Below, in pieces: positions 12,883 through 17,175 of a stretch of DNA of 17,175 nucleotides. A model generated the notes under the pieces. The model was not told where the DNA came from. It ran no database searches and saw nothing but the letters and a program-made list of their open reading frames with translations. A program made the translations under genes and the position numbers. Source of the DNA: Deltaproteobacteria bacterium (GTDB lineage Bacteria; Desulfobacterota; DSM-4660; Desulfatiglandales; Desulfatiglandaceae). Every line of letters starts with the position of its first letter. The stretch's first letter is position 1. The stretch spans positions 1 through 17,175 of the forward strand of contig JAFDHL010000060.1 in the NCBI GenBank assembly GCA_019308785.1. Reading direction: 5' to 3'.

Positions 12883-14166
12883 GCTTAACGGCAATAGGCA
12901 TAATCGGTATTATCATCCTGGTCATACTTCTGTTTTCCAAGATGCCGGTGGGCTTCGTAATGGGCTTCCTGGGTTTTCTTGGATTCAGCTATGTGGTCGC
13001 TCTTGGCCCAGGCCTTTGCCTTCTGGCAAGGGATGTTTTCGAAGTCTTTTCATCTTACGGTTTAACCGTTATCCCTCTTTTTGTCTTTATGGGCCAGATT
13101 GCCTTTCATTCCGGCATCAGCCGAAGGCTTTATGACTCTGCCTATGTACTGGTAGGAAATCGCAGGGGAGGACTTGCCATGGCCACTGTAGCTGCCTGTG
13201 CCGGTTTTTCAGCCATTTCAGGTTCTACAAATGCCACGGCCGCTACCATGGGCACTGTAACCATCCCTGAAATGAAACGATACAAGTACGACATGAGCCT
13301 GGCTACCGGCACGGTTGCTGCTGCCGGGAGTCTCGGTATTTTAATCCCGCCGAGCGTTATTTTTATAGTCTATGGGATCCTGACCGAACAGTCAATTGGC
13401 AAGCTTTTTGCCGCCGGCATTTTTCCCGGTATACTTCTTTCCTTCCTATTTTTATTGACCATCTATTTGCGTGTCCTGAAAAACCCTTCCCTGGCCCCGC
13501 CCGGACCCAAGACTACTTTCAGGGAGAAGATCAAGTCATTTGTGGGAGTCTTAGAGACCTTGATCCTGTTTGCAATGGTAATGGGCGGCATCTTTTTCGG
13601 CATCGGCCGCTGCAGCAGGTGCCTTCTTGACCATATTAATGGCTATTATCAGGAGACAACTAACCTGGCAGGGTTTTATCCAATCCCTGGCCGATACCAC
13701 CCGAATCAGTTGCATGGTTATGGTGATTGTGACCGGTGCCGTGATTTTTGGTCATTTTATGGCCGTTACCAGGTTGCCGTTTGACCTGGCAAACTGGGTA
13801 AGCACTCTTCCGTTACCGAGCTGGGCCATTATGGGCGTGATCATATTAGTATATCTTTTCGGGGGCTGCTTCATGGACGCCCTGGCCATGATTATGCTAA
13901 CGATTCCTATCTTCTTCCCGGTATCCCAGGCATTAGGATATGATCCAATCTGGTTTGGCGTGGTGATCGTACTGATTACGGAGATGGGTGTAATTACGCC
14001 GCCAGTGGGAGTCAATGTCTATGTTGTTCACGGCGTGGCCAAAGATGTGCCCTTAGAGGTCATATTTCGTGGAGTATTCCCCATGCTCATAGCCCTCCTA
14101 ATTTGCAACATAATCCTCCTGGTTTTCCCCCAGATTGCCCTGTTCTTACCCGGCCTCATGCGCTAA
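12879..14166 (+). pseudogene. TRAP transporter large permease (DctM-type), disrupted by a frameshifting deletion near 13605
   Basis: ORF 12825-13784 (real start ATG 12879, MSLTAIGIIG) reads as DctM up to MGGIFFGI and then becomes non-homologous. ORF 13627-14166, extended upstream in its own frame, reads AAAAGAFLTILMAIIRRQLTW and is DctM to the end. The family-conserved FTPTE segment between GGI..GI and AAA is missing. Confidence 0.7.
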
Positions 14167-14208
14167 TCAGCCAATCAAGAATATCCCGGCAGTATATAGC
14201 TAAACCAT

Positions 14209-15582
14209 TTATGTGATCGCCTCCCTTTTCAGGATGTCGTAATAGGTTAAGATCCTTTTCACATAGTTAACCGGCTCCGTGCCCCTGCAATACCCGTATC
14301 TGCTCTTCTTATAGTATTTTGCATAACGAAGAAGCGGAAGGATCTCCTTCAGATCTGACCAGCTATTGGGATCAAGACCCTTTTCCAGTGCGATCTCCCG
14401 GGCATCTAAGATATGCCCGCGTCCTACATTGTAACTGGCAATGGTGATAAGCAGCCTGTCCGGATCATTTGCATCACTCCAGCCTTTATAAAGCCTGTCA
14501 ATGTACTTGACACCCCCCATGATACTCTGCTCGGGATCACTACGATCCTTGATCCCCATCTCCTTGGCCGTTTCCCGGGTAAGCTGCATGATCCCTTTTA
14601 CTCCCGTAAAGCTCCTGGCCCCCGGGTCAAAGTGGGATTCCTGATAAATCACGGCGGCAATCAATCTCCAATCAAAACCGTATTTCAAGGCGGCCTGCCG
14701 GATGATCTTTTCATATTTTGGAAGCCTTGTCTTAATCCTCCGATGATATCTCTTCAGATCAGCATAATCAAAGATCTCCACATAGGCGTAATGCGTTTCA
14801 TAGAGCTTTCTAAGAGTTCCGTTTTCCTTTATTTTCTGGAGAAATTTATTTATCTTCTTCAGAAGCGCTCTTTCCCTTTTTTTCACTCCCCATCCCAGGG
14901 CTTGTGGCTTTTCTATGGCAAAGGCAATCTTAACATCCGGATAATAGCGGCGATTTAAAGCTGCTAAAGCTGCAATGTTTGAATCAGCCACGGTAATCTC
15001 AATCTCCTTTTCAGCTACCATTCTAATCAATTCTTCGGTGGGCGTATCTTCATGCAGCTTGATATTGATATGCATCCCCTCATATTTGAGCTGTCTTAAC
15101 CGCTCCTCATAAGAGGTGCCGAGCCGGACGTGAATGGTCTTTCCCTGCAAGTCTTCAATTCTTTGTATCTGATAATCATTCGCGTGGAGGATAACCTTCT
15201 GCTGGATGGAATTCTGCTGGATGGAAAGATATTCATCGGAAAAGTCTATCAGTTTCTTCCTTGATTCAGTTATGGTCATGCTTGCTGCGATGAAGTCTCC
15301 CTTCTCACTGTTAAGCGCATCAATAAGGCCCTCCCATGTGGGTGTAACCACTTTCAACTTAACACCTAAATACTCGCTGAATGCCCTGGCCAGGTCATAT
15401 TCAAATCCCGTGGGCTTATCCCGGTAAATATAATAACAGTGGGCGTTATTCCTGGTCAGAACGGTGATCTCGCCTGACTTCTCTATTCTGTCCAGCGCCT
15501 TGCCCCTGCCGCATGACGCAAAAATCGGGAGACCCAAAAAAACAAGGATCAAAAATAGATTTCTCCATTGTTTCCCTTTCAT
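14209..15582 (-). CDS. mltF: Membrane-bound lytic murein transglycosylase F-like protein (periplasmic solute-binding family 3 domain + SLT domain), probable lipoprotein
   Basis: N-terminal SBP_bac_3-like domain (LDRIEKSGEITVLT...GFEYDLA...DFIAASMTIT) and C-terminal SLT catalytic motifs (YQESHFDPGARSFTGVKGIMQL, SYNVGRGH). Lipobox-like IFASC after a basic/hydrophobic leader. The ORF opens at 15606. ATG 15582 (MKGKQWRNLF) has GGAG 6 nt upstream and is preferred. Confidence 0.85.
   Translation of the reverse strand: MKGKQWRNLFLILVFLGLPIFASCGRGKALDRIEKSGEITVLTRNNAHCYYIYRDKPTGFEYDLARAFSEYLGVKLKVVTPTWEGLIDALNSEKGDFIAASMTITESRKKLIDFSDEYLSIQQNSIQQKVILHANDYQIQRIEDLQGKTIHVRLGTSYEERLRQLKYEGMHINIKLHEDTPTEELIRMVAEKEIEITVADSNIAALAALNRRYYPDVKIAFAIEKPQALGWGVKKRERALLKKINKFLQKIKENGTLRKLYETHYAYVEIFDYADLKRYHRRIKTRLPKYEKIIRQAALKYGFDWRLIAAVIYQESHFDPGARSFTGVKGIMQLTRETAKEMGIKDRSDPEQSIMGGVKYIDRLYKGWSDANDPDRLLITIASYNVGRGHILDAREIALEKGLDPNSWSDLKEILPLLRYAKYYKKSRYGYCRGTEPVNYVKRILTYYDILKREAIT
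15197..15226. repeat. Perfect 15-bp tandem duplication (TTCTGCTGGATGGAA x2) inside the mltF-like gene
   Basis: Units at 15197-15211 and 15212-15226 are identical. In frame, they give ...SIQQNSIQQK... in the protein. Confidence 0.9.
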
Positions 15583-15727
15583 CATTATCTCCGGAAAACC
15601 TTTCATGGGCTATCTTCCGCCTTTTTACCAATGGATCTTGAGACCAAATTTCCGATAATCCTTGAATTTTCGATCACTGGATATCAACGTCATCTTCCGT
15701 TGAATGGCCTGCCAGATGATCAAACGG

Positions 15728-17056
15728 TCAATGGACTAATCCAGGCAGTTGCGATATGGCGTAAAGTGGCAGATTACAGATTTTTCCGTCCTTTTTGAAA
15801 TTAAGCAGATTTGTCCGCGCGAGCAGGGCCGGTTGGAACTGTAAATCATAAGACTTCAAGCTTTTACTTTTTGGATTAATACCGGCCTTAACCTCCAGAG
15901 GACAAATCTTGCCTTCGAATTCACAAAGAAAGTCAAGCTCGGCCTTTCCGCCTTTACTTCGCCAGTAATAAAGCGGCTGATGGAAATGCGAGACCAGTTG
16001 CTGGGCAACATAATTCTCCACAAAAGCGCCCTCATACTCATTGAAGAGCCGCTCTCCCTGCACCAACAGCTCAACGGACGACCTGGCCATAGCCCCTAAC
16101 AATCCGACATCCAGGGCATATGCTTTAAAACAACCGGTGTCCGCATAATGCATGAGGGGATGTTTATCGGTTTCAACCGCACTCGCCCGATGAATCAGAC
16201 CAGTATCATCCAGCCAGATCAGGGCATTTTCATACGCACGAGCCCGGGCCCCTTTTTTAATAGCAGAAAAAACAAACTTTTTATTTTCCCTTGCAAGGTG
16301 CTTCGGTATGGAATCCCAGATTAGTGTAAGCTTGGGTATGTCGGCTGCCGGGGCATGCTTGGCAAAATCAAAAACATAGGATTTGATGATTCCTTCCTGA
16401 ATCTCTCTGGCCTCCCGTCCGTTACCCGTCTCGGTAAAGTGCTTGACAGCTTCCGGCATACCCCCAACAAAATAATAACGGCGAAGCAGCTCGACCAAAC
16501 GTGAATGAAACGCCTCAGCCAGGGGAACAAGTGCCTCGACGTTTTCAATCAGCTTTCTGTATCTGGATTCCCCCATAGCATCAAGGAATTCCATAAATGT
16601 CATCGGATACAGATGGAGAAAATTCACCTTTCCTACCGGAAAAGATCCGTGACCGGACAGTTTCACGCCAAGGAGAGAGCCTGCCGCCGCTATGTGAACA
16701 TCGTTTTTCTGTTCAGCGAAATACTTCAGCGAATTCAGGGCACGATTTGAAACCTGGATTTCATCGAAGACCTGGATTTCATCGAAGACAATCAGATCGG
16801 CCTCTGGGTGGATCTCCAGGTTCATATAAATGGAGAGTTCTGATAGTATTCGCTCAGGATTCAGATCCCGTTGAAAAAACTGGCCAAGGCCGGGATCTTC
16901 CTCAAAGTTGCAGTATACAACTTTTCCGTATTCATTGCGGCCGAATTCCTTCAGTATGAATGTTTTTCCTGTTTGCCTGGCGCCTTGCAAGAGGAGCGGT
17001 TTTCTCCCGGAGGATGATTTCCATGCTAACAATTTAGCATATATATCTCTTTTCAT
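15728..17056 (-). CDS. AAA+ ATPase of the COG1373 / AAA_14 + DUF4143 family
   Basis: Walker A GARQTGKT, Walker B LIVFDEIQ (duplicated), and a C-terminal AELDFL...PLEVKAG block typical of the family. The ORF opens at GTG 17074. ATG 17056 (MKRDIYAKLLAWK) matches the usual family N-terminus. Confidence 0.8.
   Translation of the reverse strand: MKRDIYAKLLAWKSSSGRKPLLLQGARQTGKTFILKEFGRNEYGKVVYCNFEEDPGLGQFFQRDLNPERILSELSIYMNLEIHPEADLIVFDEIQVFDEIQVSNRALNSLKYFAEQKNDVHIAAAGSLLGVKLSGHGSFPVGKVNFLHLYPMTFMEFLDAMGESRYRKLIENVEALVPLAEAFHSRLVELLRRYYFVGGMPEAVKHFTETGNGREAREIQEGIIKSYVFDFAKHAPAADIPKLTLIWDSIPKHLARENKKFVFSAIKKGARARAYENALIWLDDTGLIHRASAVETDKHPLMHYADTGCFKAYALDVGLLGAMARSSVELLVQGERLFNEYEGAFVENYVAQQLVSHFHQPLYYWRSKGGKAELDFLCEFEGKICPLEVKAGINPKSKSLKSYDLQFQPALLARTNLLNFKKDGKICNLPLYAISQLPGLVH
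16752..16787. repeat. Perfect 18-bp tandem duplication (ACCTGGATTTCATCGAAG x2) inside the ATPase gene
   Basis: Units at 16752-16769 and 16770-16787 are identical. In frame, they give IVFDEIQVFDEIQV. Confidence 0.9.
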
Positions 17057-17175
17057 GGTATGGGATTTTGCCACGAATGGAAGTCGTTGTCAAGGATTTT
17101 CGGGTAAAATATGTGGTTATTATCACTTTATTCGGACGTAAAATGTGCTTTACTGCACAAAAGCCCCCGCATGGG

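Noticed and set aside
13627-14166. 179-aa ORF as an independent gene
   Set aside because: It is the C-terminal portion of DctM. Homology continues upstream of its ATG in the same frame, right up to the frameshift point.
15650-15680. Possible fourth fragment of the MITE core (reverse complement GTGATCGAAAATTCAAGG versus GTGATCGAATTTTGAATAAGG)
   Set aside because: Only a 9-mer plus scattered matches, which is within chance expectation for a window of this size.

Overview
Chromosomal segment with anaerobe-type gene content. It resembles Desulfobacterota or syntroph-like bacteria, but that taxonomy is inference only. Gene order, left to right:
- An edge-truncated rsmG 5' end and a LOG-family gene, both on the minus strand.
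- A ~340-bp foldback repeat.
- A plus-strand operon: fold-type IV aminotransferase, dodecin, and a four-subunit delta-alpha-beta-gamma (KorDABC/OorDABC-type) 2-oxoacid:ferredoxin oxidoreductase. The gamma subunit is fused in frame to an XRE-HTH + cupin regulator. A DUF1178 gene follows.
- A PurH gene containing only the IMP-cyclohydrolase domain.
- A DUF3467 gene.
- A 5'-truncated Old Yellow Enzyme remnant.
- An acyl-CoA synthetase.
- A divergent TRAP transporter locus: the binding protein on minus, and dctQ plus a frameshifted dctM on plus, behind a sigma54-type promoter.
- An MltF-like lytic transglycosylase.
- A COG1373/DUF4143 AAA ATPase.
I saw no rRNA, tRNA, CRISPR array, transposase or integrase.
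Structure not explained by the genes:
(i) Two almost identical copies of a ~275-285-bp hairpin-rich, MITE-like element with terminal inverted repeats. One copy splits korD from korA. Both carry a near-consensus sigma70 promoter aimed at the downstream gene.
(ii) A second repeat family: the foldback at 930-1273 plus a solo arm at 8090-8120.
(iii) Several perfect or near-perfect 15-19-bp tandem duplications. Two are in frame inside genes, and one duplicates a Walker B motif.
(iv) Clustered gene decay (OYE remnant, dctM).
The best candidate for something new is the KorC-HTH-cupin fusion within the aminotransferase/dodecin/KOR/DUF1178 operon.
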